In this document: positions 7,106-20,544 of the stretch, piece by piece | Layout of the letters: every line of letters begins with the position of its first letter | Numbering within the stretch: position 1 is the stretch's first letter | NCBI GenBank assembly: GCA_017694145.1 | Contig: JADINF010000140.1 | Span: 1 to 32,049, forward strand | Direction of reading: 5' to 3' | DNA from: Candidatus Stercoripulliclostridium pullicola | Lineage (GTDB): Bacteria; Bacillota; Clostridia; Christensenellales; DTU072 | Length of the DNA stretch: 32,049 nt | Position numbers and translations under genes: made by a program | Notes under the pieces: generated by a model | What the model saw: only the letters and a program-made list of their open reading frames with translations | Databases searched by the model: none | What the model was told of the DNA's origin: nothing

Positions 7106-8263
7106 TCAATCGAGCGACTTGAGTTTCTTCTTGAATTTTTCGACTTCGTCGTACTGTGCGCTCTTGTCGAGTTGTTCGAGGCTGTCTTTGATCTCCTTAC
7201 GTTGGCGTATGCCGACGTTGCGCGGTATATCCACTTTGACGGTTATCACTATGTCGCCGTAAGTATTGCGGCGCAGATCCTTGACGCCTTTGCCTTTGAC
7301 CTTGATGACCGTACCGTTCTTTATACCTGCGGGTATTTCCACGCGGGCAGGCTTGTCAAGAGTCGGTACGTCCACGGTGTCGCCGAATATCGCCTGCGTT
7401 ACCGTAATAGGCATCTCGAACATAAGATCGTTGCCCCTGCGGGTGAAAAGCGGATGCGGTTTGATACGGAATACCACAATGAGATTGCCGTTGGGACCGC
7501 CGTTGTAGCCTGCGTTGCCTTCGTTATGCACGTTGAGCATCTGACCGTTGTCCACGCCCGCGGGAATATTTATGCTTACGGTGCGTTTTTTACGCACTTT
7601 GCCCTTGCCTTTACATTCGGGACAGGGATCCATTATTATCTTCCCGGCGCCGCCGCACATATCGCACACACGCTCCGTCTGCATTACGCCGAGCATGGTG
7701 CGCTGTTGCACGATGACTCTGCCCCTGCCGCCGCACTTCGTACACACCTTGACGGAATCCTTGTCCTTCGCGCCGGTGCCGCCGCAAGTGGGACACTTCT
7801 CGATACGTGTATAAGTAACCTCTTTCTTCGCGCCGAAGCAGGCTTCTTTGAAGTCGAGCGTAAGTTCGACTTCGATATCCTCGCCGCCGCGCGCGGAAGT
7901 AGCGCCCGATCTCGAGGCGCTTCCTCCCGTAAAGGTGTTGAATATGTCGCTGAATATGTCGCCGAAACCGCCGAAGCCGCTCGCTCCGCCGCCGAACGGA
8001 TTGAATCCCGCTCCGCCGCCCATAGTAGGTCCGTCTTCGCTGCCGTACTGGTCGAAAGCCGCTTTTTTCTGCGGGTCTGACAACACGTCGTAGGCGTACT
8101 GTATCTCCTTGAATTTCGCCTCGGCTTCCGCTTTTTCCTTGTCGCTCGCCGTTGCGTAAACGTCGGGATGATACTTCTTCGCCAAACGACGATACGCGGA
8201 CTTAATTTCGTCCGCGCTCGCGTTCTTGTCTACGCCCAGAATGTCGTAATAGTTTTTTGCCAT
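7106..8263 (-). CDS. dnaJ: molecular chaperone DnaJ
   Basis: J-domain (YYDILGV...KKYHPD), a G/F-rich region, and four CxxCxGxG zinc-finger repeats (CPTCGGTG, CTKCGGRG, CDMCGGAG, CPECKGKG). Confidence 0.97.
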   Translation of the reverse strand: MAKNYYDILGVDKNASADEIKSAYRRLAKKYHPDVYATASDKEKAEAEAKFKEIQYAYDVLSDPQKKAAFDQYGSEDGPTMGGGAGFNPFGGGASGFGGFGDIFSDIFNTFTGGSASRSGATSARGGEDIEVELTLDFKEACFGAKKEVTYTRIEKCPTCGGTGAKDKDSVKVCTKCGGRGRVIVQQRTMLGVMQTERVCDMCGGAGKIIMDPCPECKGKGKVRKKRTVSINIPAGVDNGQMLNVHNEGNAGYNGGPNGNLIVVFRIKPHPLFTRRGNDLMFEMPITVTQAIFGDTVDVPTLDKPARVEIPAGIKNGTVIKVKGKGVKDLRRNTYGDIVITVKVDIPRNVGIRQRKEIKDSLEQLDKSAQYDEVEKFKKKLKSLD

Positions 8264-8295
8264 TGTTCAGTCTGTTATTTGCGTTTTGATATTAT

Positions 8296-10188
<1,893 letters not shown>

Positions 10189-10821
10189 TTAATTTGCCAC
10201 TTTTACCATAGCGTAACGTATAACTTTGCCGTTGCGCCTGTACCCTTTACGGAGCACTTCGACTACCTTGCCCGAGTTCTCCGCGTCCTCTACCTGCATT
10301 ACCGCATTGTGTAAAGCGGGATCGAATTCGGCGCCTTCCGCCTCTATCTCCTCCACGCCGTAATGGGAGAATACTTCGGCGAATTTCTTTCTGATAAGCT
10401 CGACGCCCGCCTTGGTGGCTTCGTCGTTTATCATACCTATCGCTATCTCCACGGTATCGAGTACGGGAAGCATCTGAAGGATCGTTTCGTTCACGCCTTC
10501 GGCGCGCGCCTGCTTCACGGCTTCCGCGTTGCGCTTGCGGTAATTATCGAATTCCGCCTGTACGCGCTGAAGAGTATCTTTGTATTCCTCCATCTTGCTC
10601 TGCGCGAGCGCGACGATATCCATATCGTCCGCGTCCTCTGCGGAGTCCGCTTCGCTTACGGCTTCGGCTCCGCTCGCCGCGCCTTTCGCGTTATCGACGA
10701 CAGAGTCCGTTTCCGCTTCGGCGTTTTTCGTTTCGTTTGCCGCTTCCGCGACTTCTTTGTTTACGCTTTCCGCTCCGAAAGGTTCTTCGGACTCCGGTCC
10801 GCGCTTATTCTTTTTATTCAT
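10189..10821 (-). CDS. grpE: nucleotide exchange factor GrpE
   Basis: 210 aa with an acidic low-complexity N-terminus, a coiled-coil region (YKDTLQRVQAEFDNYRKR) and a C-terminal beta domain (VVEVLRKGYRRNGKVIRYAMVKVA). It lies between hrcA and dnaK, and its ATG overlaps the hrcA stop (ATGAATAA). Confidence 0.95.
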   Translation of the reverse strand: MNKKNKRGPESEEPFGAESVNKEVAEAANETKNAEAETDSVVDNAKGAASGAEAVSEADSAEDADDMDIVALAQSKMEEYKDTLQRVQAEFDNYRKRNAEAVKQARAEGVNETILQMLPVLDTVEIAIGMINDEATKAGVELIRKKFAEVFSHYGVEEIEAEGAEFDPALHNAVMQVEDAENSGKVVEVLRKGYRRNGKVIRYAMVKVAN

Positions 10822-11860
10822 CGTCTTCTCCTTCGCCGCCTTCTATGGCGTTGTTCAATGCGTTGCCTATATACGACAACACCGACATTACCTTACTGTA
10901 GTCCATTCGCTCCGGCCCGATAACGCCCGCATGCCCTATCTCTCTGCCGTTCACTTTGTACTTCGCGGTGATAACGGCGCATTTGTCCATACCGGCGGTT
11001 TCGTCTTTGCCTATCTTCACGCTGAATTCGATGTCTTCCGCCGAATCCACGAGCGCTCCGATAAGGCTCTTGTTGTCTATGATGCTGAGGAAACGCTTGG
11101 CGCTCGACATATCCGCGTCGGGATAATTGAGCATCTTGCTTTCGCCTTCCATATAGACGCTTTCGTCGCTTACGGAACAATATGTTTCGAGTATCGCCAC
11201 GACGTTGTCGAAAAGCTCTTTGAATTCCTTGAGCTCCTTCTCTACGCTTGCTTCGGCAAGATGAAGTTCACCCACTTTACAGCCTGCGAAGATCTTGTTG
11301 AGCATGAGCGTCGCGCTCATGATGAATTCGTCGTCCACAACGTTGTTGAGCTTGATCACCTTGTCGCGTATGATGCCCGAATCGGTTATGATTATCACGA
11401 GCGCGCTGTGTCCGTCGAGTCCTACGAGTTTGATCTCCTTGATGACGACGGTGTCCACGTTCTTGAGAACGATGACCGAAGTGTAATTCGTCACGTCGCT
11501 GATGACCTTGGCGGTCGTCTTGACGATATCTTCCACGGCGTTGAATTTGGCGGAGAACGAAGCGTCTATCATGGCGACGTCCTGCTTACGCAACGGACGC
11601 CTGTCGACGAAGTGCTCCACGTAATATTTATACGCTTTGGAAGTGGGCAACCTTCCTGCGGAAGTGTGCGGCTGCGCAAGATATCCCATATCCGACAAAG
11701 CCGCAAGCTCTGCACGAATGGTAGCGGAACTGATGTCGGAGAAATATTTGCTCTGAAGTTCGCCGGACGATATCTGTCTTGCGTCCTTGATGTATTCCTC
11801 TACGACGGCTTTCAGTATTCTGTGTTTTCTTTCAGGCAATCTTCCGCTCATTGTTGGCAC
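10814..11860 (-). CDS. hrcA: heat-inducible transcription repressor HrcA
   Basis: N-terminal winged helix with the conserved SSATIRAELAALSDMGYLAQPHTSAGRLPT motif. It is the first gene after a CIRCE operator. The track start is GTG at 11860; an ATG at 11851 (MSGRLPERKHRIL...) is an equally plausible start. Confidence 0.93.
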   Translation of the reverse strand: MPTMSGRLPERKHRILKAVVEEYIKDARQISSGELQSKYFSDISSATIRAELAALSDMGYLAQPHTSAGRLPTSKAYKYYVEHFVDRRPLRKQDVAMIDASFSAKFNAVEDIVKTTAKVISDVTNYTSVIVLKNVDTVVIKEIKLVGLDGHSALVIIITDSGIIRDKVIKLNNVVDDEFIMSATLMLNKIFAGCKVGELHLAEASVEKELKEFKELFDNVVAILETYCSVSDESVYMEGESKMLNYPDADMSSAKRFLSIIDNKSLIGALVDSAEDIEFSVKIGKDETAGMDKCAVITAKYKVNGREIGHAGVIGPERMDYSKVMSVLSYIGNALNNAIEGGEGEDDE

Positions 11861-11876
11861 TTACTTTCCGGTATTG

Positions 11877-11903
11877 TTAGCAATCTTATTCATCGACTGC
11901 TAA
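11877..11903 (-). promoter_or_regulatory. CIRCE operator (HrcA binding site), slightly degenerate
   Basis: TTAGCAATC-N9-GACTGCTAA against the consensus TTAGCACTC-N9-GAGTGCTAA, a 16/18 match. It lies immediately downstream of the -10 box and upstream of hrcA. Confidence 0.85.
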
Positions 11904-11907
11904 CGCT

Positions 11908-11936
11908 ATTATATTCACAATTATGTCCGTTGTCAA
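11908..11936 (-). promoter_or_regulatory. sigma-A consensus promoter of the hrcA-grpE-dnaK-dnaJ operon
   Basis: The minus strand reads TTGACA (11936..11931), an exact 17-nt spacer, then TATAAT (11913..11908). Both hexamers match the consensus perfectly. Confidence 0.85.
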
Positions 11937-11972
11937 CAGATTGAAACAAATTTTTCCGAAAAATTCTAACAT

Positions 11973-11997
11973 AAAAGAAAAACGCGCTTATGCGCGC
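11973..11997 (-). terminator. probable rho-independent terminator after lepA-hemW
   Basis: The minus strand reads (G)CGCGC-ATAA-GCGCG followed by TTTTTCTTTTAT. The stem is 5-6 bp, all G:C, about 33 nt downstream of the hemW stop. The short stem keeps confidence moderate. Confidence 0.55.
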
Positions 11998-12030
11998 AAA
12001 AATAAAGGTTTATCGGGAAACAACGTCGCG

Positions 12031-13132
12031 CTAATCCATGAATTCCAACGCGACCGCGCTCTCGAGAAGAAGTTTGTCGTCGGCTATCCTCAAGCGGTCG
12101 CCCTCTCTCGCGAGAATGCCGGCGAGGCGCGTGAGCGCACCCGAAAAACGCTCGTCGAAATCGAATCCGTAACGCTTCTCTATCGCCGCGACGTCTATTC
12201 CTTCCGAAGTGCGCAATCCGAGCATTATATGCTCGAAGATCTCTCCGTCTTTGTCTATTATCTCGCGTTCCGCGGTGCCGAAGCCGAAACGCTTGCCGCC
12301 GATATAGTCTTTAACGGAAGCGGGATTGGCGTATCTTGAGTCACCCGTCTGCGAATGAGCCGCCGCGCCGAAACCCAGATATTCTTCTCTGCGCCAGTAC
12401 TTCAGATTGTGTTTGCTCTCGTATCCCCGAAATGCGAAATTGCTTATCTCGTAGCGCGCAAATCCGTGAGCCGCGAGCTTAGCGTAAACGGCGTTATACA
12501 TATCTACGACGGAATCTTCGTCGGGAAGCGTATACTCGCCGCTTCTTAACGAAGCCGTCATGGGAACGTCGTCGGACAGCTTGAGCATATACGCGGAAAC
12601 GTGCTTCACGTACGGAATGACGTCAAGCACACTTTCGGTAGCCGAAGATACTGTCTGATAAGGCAGACCCAACATAATATCCGCGGAAACGTTATCGAAA
12701 AATTTGTCGGCTTTCCCGAGCTCGCGTATAGCGGAGGAAGCGTTGTGCCGTCTCGCCGCCGCGCGGAGCACCTCGTCCGAAGTGCTTTGCACGCCTATGC
12801 TTATCCTGTTCACTCCGAGGTCTTTGAGCGTTTCGTAAGGATTCCTGTCGCCCGGGTTGAGTTCCACCGTAAATTCTTCTATGTTAAGCAGGAAAGCGTC
12901 GTCGAGCGCGCGGACGATTTTCTCCAACGAGCGTTCGCCCGCAAGCGCGGGCGTCCCTCCTCCGATATATACCGTATCGACGGGGACGTCGCCGTATCTT
13001 CTGCCGCCCTCGCGTATTTCCTCACAGAGCGCGTCGATATAGCGCAAAATAATATCGGTATCCGGAGATACCGAGTAAAAGTCGCAATATGCGCATTTCC
13101 TTTTACAGAAAGGAATGTGTATGTAGACGCCC

Positions 13133-13146
<14 letters not shown>
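12031..13146 (-). CDS. hemW: radical SAM heme chaperone HemW (HemN-like, oxygen-independent coproporphyrinogen III oxidase family)
   Basis: N-terminal [16 protein letters not shown] (CxxxCxxC), with the GGGTP and HemN_C-like regions. It follows lepA as in B. subtilis and overlaps the lepA stop by 14 nt. Confidence 0.9.
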
Positions 13147-14941
<1,795 letters not shown>

Positions 14942-14958
14942 TTAGCGTCAATGCGCGC

Positions 14959-15330
14959 TTAGGCGCCCGTTTTCTTGCGATAATCGTCGATAGCCGCGTG
15001 TATGGCTTCTTCCGCGAGCACCGAACAATGTATCTTCTGCGGAGGAAGCCCTCCGAGATAGTCTACGACGTCTGCGTTCTTGATCTTAAGAGCGTCCTCG
15101 ACGCTTTTACCTATAACCATGCGCGTCGCGACGGACGCGGTGGCTATAGCCGCCGCGCATCCGAAAGTCTTGAACTTCGCGTCCACGATAACGTCGTTCT
15201 CTATTCTGAGATACATTTTCATGATGTCGCCGCATGCGGCGTTGCCTATGGTGCCTACTCCGGACGGATTTTCCATTTCACCGGCGTTGACGGGATTGGA
15301 AAACTCCTTCAATACTTTGTCGTTATACAT
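14959..15330 (-). CDS. iscU: Fe-S cluster assembly scaffold protein (NifU/IscU N-terminal type)
   Basis: Three conserved Cys contexts: GNAACGD, FKTFGCAAAIA and KIHCSVLAEEA. Length is 123 aa, and the ATG overlaps the cysteine desulfurase stop (ATGTATAA). Confidence 0.93.
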   Translation of the reverse strand: MYNDKVLKEFSNPVNAGEMENPSGVGTIGNAACGDIMKMYLRIENDVIVDAKFKTFGCAAAIATASVATRMVIGKSVEDALKIKNADVVDYLGGLPPQKIHCSVLAEEAIHAAIDDYRKKTGA

Positions 15331-16507
15331 ATGAACCTGTTCCTTTTTCCATATTGAAAAGAGGCGATATGGCGCGCAATTTGTCTACCGTTTCTTTGAG
15401 AACTTTGTAGGTGTATTCCATATCTTCCTCGGTGGTATCTCTGCCTAAACTGAATCTTATCGAACTGTGCGCGAGTTCTTCGGGAACTCCGAGCGCGAGA
15501 ATGACGTGCGACGGCTCCAAAGACCCCGACGAACAGGCGGAACCGCTGCTTACGGCTATTCCCGCGAGATCGAGATTGATAAGTATGCTCTCGCCTTCGA
15601 TAAATTCGAAGCTGAAGTTTACGTTGTTGGGCAATCTGTGCTCGGTGCCGCCGTTGAGATGAACGTAAGGTATCCCTTCCCGAACGCGTTTGATGAACGA
15701 ATCGCGTAGCGCTGAAATACGCGCGTTATTCTTCTCTCTGTCGCGGCAAGCCGTTTCGAGCGCGTCCGCCATGCCCACTATAAGAGGCGTGTCGGTCGTT
15801 CCCGCTCTCATGTGCCTTTCCTGGTGCCCGCCCGCTATAAGACGCGCGAGCCGCACTCCCGAACGTATATACAATACGCCTATCCCTTTGGGTCCGTGGA
15901 ATTTGTGCGCGGACATCGAAAGCATATCGATATTGAGCGCGTTGACGTCGATCGCCTGCGAATCCATCGCCTGTACTGCGTCGGTATGGAAAAGTATGCC
16001 CTCTTCCTTGCAGAAAGCTCCGATCTCCGCTATAGGCTGTATCGCTCCCATTTCGTTATTGGCGAACATCACCGACACGAGTATCGTGTCGTCCGTGACT
16101 GCGTTTTTGAGATCTTCGACGTTTACCCTGCCGTCTTTATCGACGGGAAGGTATGTGACGCGGACTCCCTCGTTTTTCTCGAGGTATTCGCAGGTCTCCA
16201 TTATGGCGGGGTGCTCTATCGCGGTGGTGATTATATGCTTACGCGCTCCGCGCGCCGCCCTTACCGCGCCTTTAAGCGCCCAGTTGTCGGACTCGCTTCC
16301 GCCCGACGTAAAATATATTTCGTTCGCGCGCGCGCCTATCAAAGAAGCGATCTTGTCGCGCGCGGCGTCTACGGCGGCGCTCGCCTCTCTGCCGTATGAG
16401 TGCAGAGAGGACGGGTTGCCGAATTTTTCCGTAAAGTACGGCAACATCGCCGCGAGCGCGTGCTCGTCGAGAGCGGTGGTAGCCGAATTGTCAAGATAAA
16501 CTTTCAT
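15323..16507 (-). CDS. iscS: cysteine desulfurase (NifS/IscS type)
   Basis: PLP-lysine motif SMSAHKFHGPKGIG and active-site loop SSGSACSSGS. Length is 394 aa, directly upstream of the scaffold gene. Confidence 0.93.
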   Translation of the reverse strand: MKVYLDNSATTALDEHALAAMLPYFTEKFGNPSSLHSYGREASAAVDAARDKIASLIGARANEIYFTSGGSESDNWALKGAVRAARGARKHIITTAIEHPAIMETCEYLEKNEGVRVTYLPVDKDGRVNVEDLKNAVTDDTILVSVMFANNEMGAIQPIAEIGAFCKEEGILFHTDAVQAMDSQAIDVNALNIDMLSMSAHKFHGPKGIGVLYIRSGVRLARLIAGGHQERHMRAGTTDTPLIVGMADALETACRDREKNNARISALRDSFIKRVREGIPYVHLNGGTEHRLPNNVNFSFEFIEGESILINLDLAGIAVSSGSACSSGSLEPSHVILALGVPEELAHSSIRFSLGRDTTEEDMEYTYKVLKETVDKLRAISPLFNMEKGTGSYV

Positions 16508-16534
16508 AGTTATACTTCCGTAAAAGTAATTTAT

Positions 16535-17791
16535 TTATTCGAGTATGAAGTCGTCTTTATAGAGGGGATAACGCGCGGTAAGCTCCGCTATGCGCGCTTT
16601 GACGCCCTCGACGGCGGCTTCTTTGTTGCGAATGATATCCACGATACATTCGCCGATGACCTTCATCGCTTCTTCGTCCATTCCGCGTGTGGTAGCCGCC
16701 GGCGTACCTATGCGCAGACCGTTGGGGTTGAAGGGGCTCGCGTCGTCGTTGGGTATACTGTTCTTGTTGGCGGTGATGTGAGCTTCGTCGAGAAGGTGCT
16801 CGAGCTCCTTACCGGTCACGCCCGTGCCGCGCAGATCGACAAGCATGAGATGATTGTCGGTGCCGTTAGAGAAAAGTTTGATACCGCCCGCCATGAGAGT
16901 AGCGGCAAGCGCTTTCGCGTTTGCAACTACCTGCTCCTGATACTTCTTGAATTCGGGCGAAAGCGCTTCTTTGAGAGCGACCGCTTTGGCGGCGATGATG
17001 TGCATGAGAGGGCCGCCCTGCGTTCCCGGGAACACCGCTTTGTCGATACGCTTGGCTATCTCCTCGTTATCGGTCATTATCATACCGCCGCGAGGACCGC
17101 GTAAAGTTTTATGGGTGGTCGTCGTGACGACGTCTGCGTAAGGCACCGGGCTCATGTGCAGTCCCGCCGCGACGAGCCCCGCGATATGCGCCATGTCCAC
17201 CATGAGAAGTGCGCCCGTCTTGTCGGCTATCTCTCTGAAACGCTTGAAATCGATGGCTCTGGGATACGCGCTCGCGCCCGCGACTATAAGCTTCGCGCCC
17301 GATTCGGCGGCTATCCTCTCCACCTCGTCGTAATCGATATAACCTTCGGAATTCACGCCGTACGCCACAAATTTATAATTTTTTCCGCTGACGTTGACGG
17401 GGCTTCCGTGTGTAAGGTGTCCGCCGTGTCCGAGATTCATGCCGAGCACGGTATCGCCGTTATTGAGAAGCGAAAAATAGACCTGGAAATTCGCGCTGCT
17501 TCCCGAATGGGGCTGAACGTTGACGTATTTGACGTCGAAAAGCTTCTTGGCGCGTTCGCGTGCGAGTTCTTCCGCCTCGTCCACGAATTGGCAACCGCCG
17601 TAATAACGCTTGCCGGGATAACCCTCCGCGTACTTATTGGTGAGATGAGTGCCCGCAGCCGTCAGTACCGGAAGGGATACGAAGTTCTCGGAAGCGATAA
17701 GCTCCACGTTGCCCTGTTGCCTTTCGAGCTCGCGCACCAACGCGCCGTAAAGCTCTTCGTCGGCTTCTTTAATAGGTCTTAAATCTATCAT
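16535..17791 (-). CDS. glyA: serine hydroxymethyltransferase
   Basis: SHMT signature [16 protein letters not shown] (PLP lysine), with N-terminal ELIASENF. Length is 418 aa. Confidence 0.97.
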   Translation of the reverse strand: MIDLRPIKEADEELYGALVRELERQQGNVELIASENFVSLPVLTAAGTHLTNKYAEGYPGKRYYGGCQFVDEAEELARERAKKLFDVKYVNVQPHSGSSANFQVYFSLLNNGDTVLGMNLGHGGHLTHGSPVNVSGKNYKFVAYGVNSEGYIDYDEVERIAAESGAKLIVAGASAYPRAIDFKRFREIADKTGALLMVDMAHIAGLVAAGLHMSPVPYADVVTTTTHKTLRGPRGGMIMTDNEEIAKRIDKAVFPGTQGGPLMHIIAAKAVALKEALSPEFKKYQEQVVANAKALAATLMAGGIKLFSNGTDNHLMLVDLRGTGVTGKELEHLLDEAHITANKNSIPNDDASPFNPNGLRIGTPAATTRGMDEEAMKVIGECIVDIIRNKEAAVEGVKARIAELTARYPLYKDDFILE

Positions 17792-17825
17792 TTCCTTTTC
17801 TCCTTAAGGTAATTTACTTGTATGT

Positions 17826-18143
17826 TTATAAATACTTTTCCACGGTGGCGAGTATCTGCCCCTTAGTGCGCACGCCTACGCTCTGCTCGGCGACCGCGCC
17901 GCCTTTGAAATAGATAAGCGTGGGTATCGTCATGATACGGAAACGCCTTGCGAGATCTTCGTTCTCGTCTACGTCCACTTTGGCAACGGCGAATTTTCCG
18001 CCGGTTTCGCCCGCGATCTCCTCTACCGTGGGAAGCATTATTCTGCAAGGTCCGCACCAGGTAGCCCAGAAATCGACGAGTACCACGTCGTTATCCGCTA
18101 TGAGCTTGTCGAACTCTTCCGCGCTGTGTATAATATTGATCAT
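17826..18143 (-). CDS. trxA: thioredoxin
   Basis: 105 aa with the active site WATWCGPC and the conserved MTIPTL cis-Pro loop. AGGAGG lies upstream. Confidence 0.95.
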   Translation of the reverse strand: MINIIHSAEEFDKLIADNDVVLVDFWATWCGPCRIMLPTVEEIAGETGGKFAVAKVDVDENEDLARRFRIMTIPTLIYFKGGAVAEQSVGVRTKGQILATVEKYL

Positions 18144-18165
18144 ATATAGCCTCCTTGAAGGATAT

Positions 18166-18735
18166 TTATTTTTCGTTTTCGGCGTCGCTTACGCCCTTAT
18201 CGGGCGCGTTCTCGCCGCATAAGGTAACCGTATCTCCGCTTTCGGTATCCTCGACAATGGTGTCTGCGGTAACGGGGTTTTCCGTTCCCTCTGAATAAGC
18301 CGCGCTTTCGGAAAAAGCGCAAGCTTCCTCTTCCTTAGGAAGTATCGCCTCCATTACGGGCATGTATCCCTTACGCTTGCGAATGACGAAGCGGTCGATG
18401 AGCGCGACGGCTACAAAGCCCGCGATAAGTCCCGCCGCCGACGCTCCGAGCGAAACGTAAGCGTTGAGTTTATAAGTACACGCGAGAATTATCGCCATAG
18501 GTATCAGCGGCAATACGTATACGAGCGTAGCCGCGGCAAGTACCGCCCTGTTACCCATAGCGACGGTCACTTTGTCGCCTACCGCCGCGTTGAGCGTATT
18601 CGGAAGTCGCAGTTCCACGTAATTGGCTTCTCTGGGCTTCAGGCACATGTTGCAGTGCTCGCAAGCCGTCTTGCGATCGAACCTTACGGTAGCGAATTTA
18701 CCTTTTACCTTACTTACGACGCCCGTTTCGCGCAT
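18166..18735 (-). CDS. RseC/MucC (SoxR-reducing system) family membrane protein with an acidic C-terminal extension
   Basis: N-terminal G.V..V.G..A.V.F.....CEHCNMC pattern followed by two hydrophobic segments (AVLAAATLVYVLPLIPMAIILA; ASAAGLIAGFVAVALI), the typical RseC layout. The last ~65 residues form an acidic, low-complexity tail. Confidence 0.65.
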   Translation of the reverse strand: MRETGVVSKVKGKFATVRFDRKTACEHCNMCLKPREANYVELRLPNTLNAAVGDKVTVAMGNRAVLAAATLVYVLPLIPMAIILACTYKLNAYVSLGASAAGLIAGFVAVALIDRFVIRKRKGYMPVMEAILPKEEEACAFSESAAYSEGTENPVTADTIVEDTESGDTVTLCGENAPDKGVSDAENEK

Positions 18736-18747
18736 AACTTATTTCGT

Positions 18748-20544
18748 TTATTTCTTCGCTTCGCCCGCTACGGTTATTCCGAGCTCGTCGAGCTGGGATT
18801 TCTCCACTTCGGAGGGGCAGTTTTCCATAAGTCCCATTGCCGCCTGGTTCTTCGGGAACGCGATAACGTCCTTGATATTGTCGGTGCCGGTCAAAAGCAT
18901 CACGAGTCTGTCGAGCCCGAAAGCAAGTCCTCCGTGCGGCGGCACGCCGTAACCGAAGGCTTCGACGAAGAATCCGAAACGCTCGTTTATGTCTTTCTCC
19001 GATAGCCCTATCTTCTCGAACATCTTACGCTGTATCTCGCGCGAATGGATACGCACGGAACCGCCGCCCGCTTCCTGTCCGTTGATGACGAGGTCGTAAG
19101 CTTTGGCGCGCACTTTAAGCGGCTTCTTGTCGATATACTTGAGATCCTCGTTCATGGGACTCGTGAAGGGGTGGTGCATCGCGACAAGGCGTTTCTCTTC
19201 CTCGTCGTACTCGTAGAGAGGGAATTCCGTCACCCACAGCACGTCGAAAACGCTCTCGTCGATGAGTCCGTGCTTTTTCGCTATCGCAAGGCGCAAAGCT
19301 CCGAGCGCGTCGAATACTTTTTTGTCCTTGTCCGCGACGAAGAATAAAATATCGCCGGTTTCGCCGCCCATGGCTTTGACGAGCGCGTCGAAACGCTCTT
19401 CGTCGAAGAACTTACGTATCGGCGAAGAAACGCCTTCGGGTTTAAGCGCTATATAAGCGAGCCCTTTCGCGCCGTACTCTCTGACGACGTCCTGATAGGC
19501 GTCTATCTCTTTACGGGTCAAAGAAGCGAGCCCTTTCGCGTTGATACCGCGAACGCTCATTCCCCTCCCCGAAGCCGCCGCGTCGAATACGGAAAAGCCG
19601 CAGTTCTTGACGAGCCTGGTGACGTTGTTGAGCTCGAGTCCGAAACGGGTGTCGGGCTTATCGCTGCCGAAACGCTCCATAGCGTCTTTGTATTTGAGCT
19701 GTCTGAAGTGGCGGGGAAGTTTAAGTCCCACGGTCTGTTTGAATATCTCGCGGATGAGTCCTTCTGCGGCGTACATGACGTCGCGCGCCGAATCGACGTA
19801 GCTCATTTCAATGTCTATCTGCGTGAATTCGGGCTGACGGTTGGCGCGCAGATCCTCGTCGCGGAAGCACTTAACGATCTGGAAATACTTGTCGAATCCC
19901 GATATCATAAGGAGCTGTTTATAAAGCTGCGGAGATTGCGGGAGAGCGTAGAAGGAACCGGGATGCACCCTGCTCGGCACGAGGTAGTCGCGCGCGCCTT
20001 CGGGGGTGGACTTGCCGAGGAAGGGCGTTTCGATATTAAGGAAACCGTGCGCCGACATATAGTTGAAGGTGGTTTCCACTATCTTCGCGCGCGTCATCAA
20101 TATCTTCTGCAAGGAAGGACGGCGCAGATCGAGATAACGGTATTTGAGCCTCAGGTTTTCGCCCACGTTCGCAAGATCGGATACCGCGAAAGGCGGCGTA
20201 TCCGCTTCGGAAATTATCCTGAGCTCGTCGGCGAGCAATTCTATTTCGCCGGTGGGGATATTGGGATTGACGTTCTTCTCTCCGCGGGCGCGAACGGTGC
20301 CCGTCACGGCGAGAACGTACTCGTTACGCACGGCGGTGGACTTGGCGAACACCTCCGGATAGTCGGACTCCGAAAAGCATATCTGAAGTATGCCCGTCCT
20401 GTCACGGAGATCGACGAACTGTATACTGCCGAGATTGCGGTACTTCGCGACGAATCCCATAGCGGTGACCTTCTTGCCGATATCGGCGGAAGTGTATTCG
20501 CCGCACATTTTCGTTCTCTTTAATCCTGTCAAAAACTCTGCCAT
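18748..20544 (-). CDS. aspS: aspartate--tRNA ligase
   Basis: Class IIb motifs FRDEDLRANRQPEFTQIDIEMS, GGGSVRIH and PPHGGLAFGLDRLVM, plus an N-terminal OB fold (VDLRDRTGILQ). Length is 598 aa, immediately after hisS. Confidence 0.97.
   Translation of the reverse strand: MAEFLTGLKRTKMCGEYTSADIGKKVTAMGFVAKYRNLGSIQFVDLRDRTGILQICFSESDYPEVFAKSTAVRNEYVLAVTGTVRARGEKNVNPNIPTGEIELLADELRIISEADTPPFAVSDLANVGENLRLKYRYLDLRRPSLQKILMTRAKIVETTFNYMSAHGFLNIETPFLGKSTPEGARDYLVPSRVHPGSFYALPQSPQLYKQLLMISGFDKYFQIVKCFRDEDLRANRQPEFTQIDIEMSYVDSARDVMYAAEGLIREIFKQTVGLKLPRHFRQLKYKDAMERFGSDKPDTRFGLELNNVTRLVKNCGFSVFDAAASGRGMSVRGINAKGLASLTRKEIDAYQDVVREYGAKGLAYIALKPEGVSSPIRKFFDEERFDALVKAMGGETGDILFFVADKDKKVFDALGALRLAIAKKHGLIDESVFDVLWVTEFPLYEYDEEEKRLVAMHHPFTSPMNEDLKYIDKKPLKVRAKAYDLVINGQEAGGGSVRIHSREIQRKMFEKIGLSEKDINERFGFFVEAFGYGVPPHGGLAFGLDRLVMLLTGTDNIKDVIAFPKNQAAMGLMENCPSEVEKSQLDELGITVAGEAKK

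Noticed and set aside
11923-12339. Plus-strand 138-aa ORF starting inside the hrcA promoter region.
   Set aside because: It reads divergently out of the hrcA -35 region, passes through the hemW terminator and continues into antisense hemW. It has no SD and no motif. The region is fully explained by the promoter, CIRCE, terminator and hemW.
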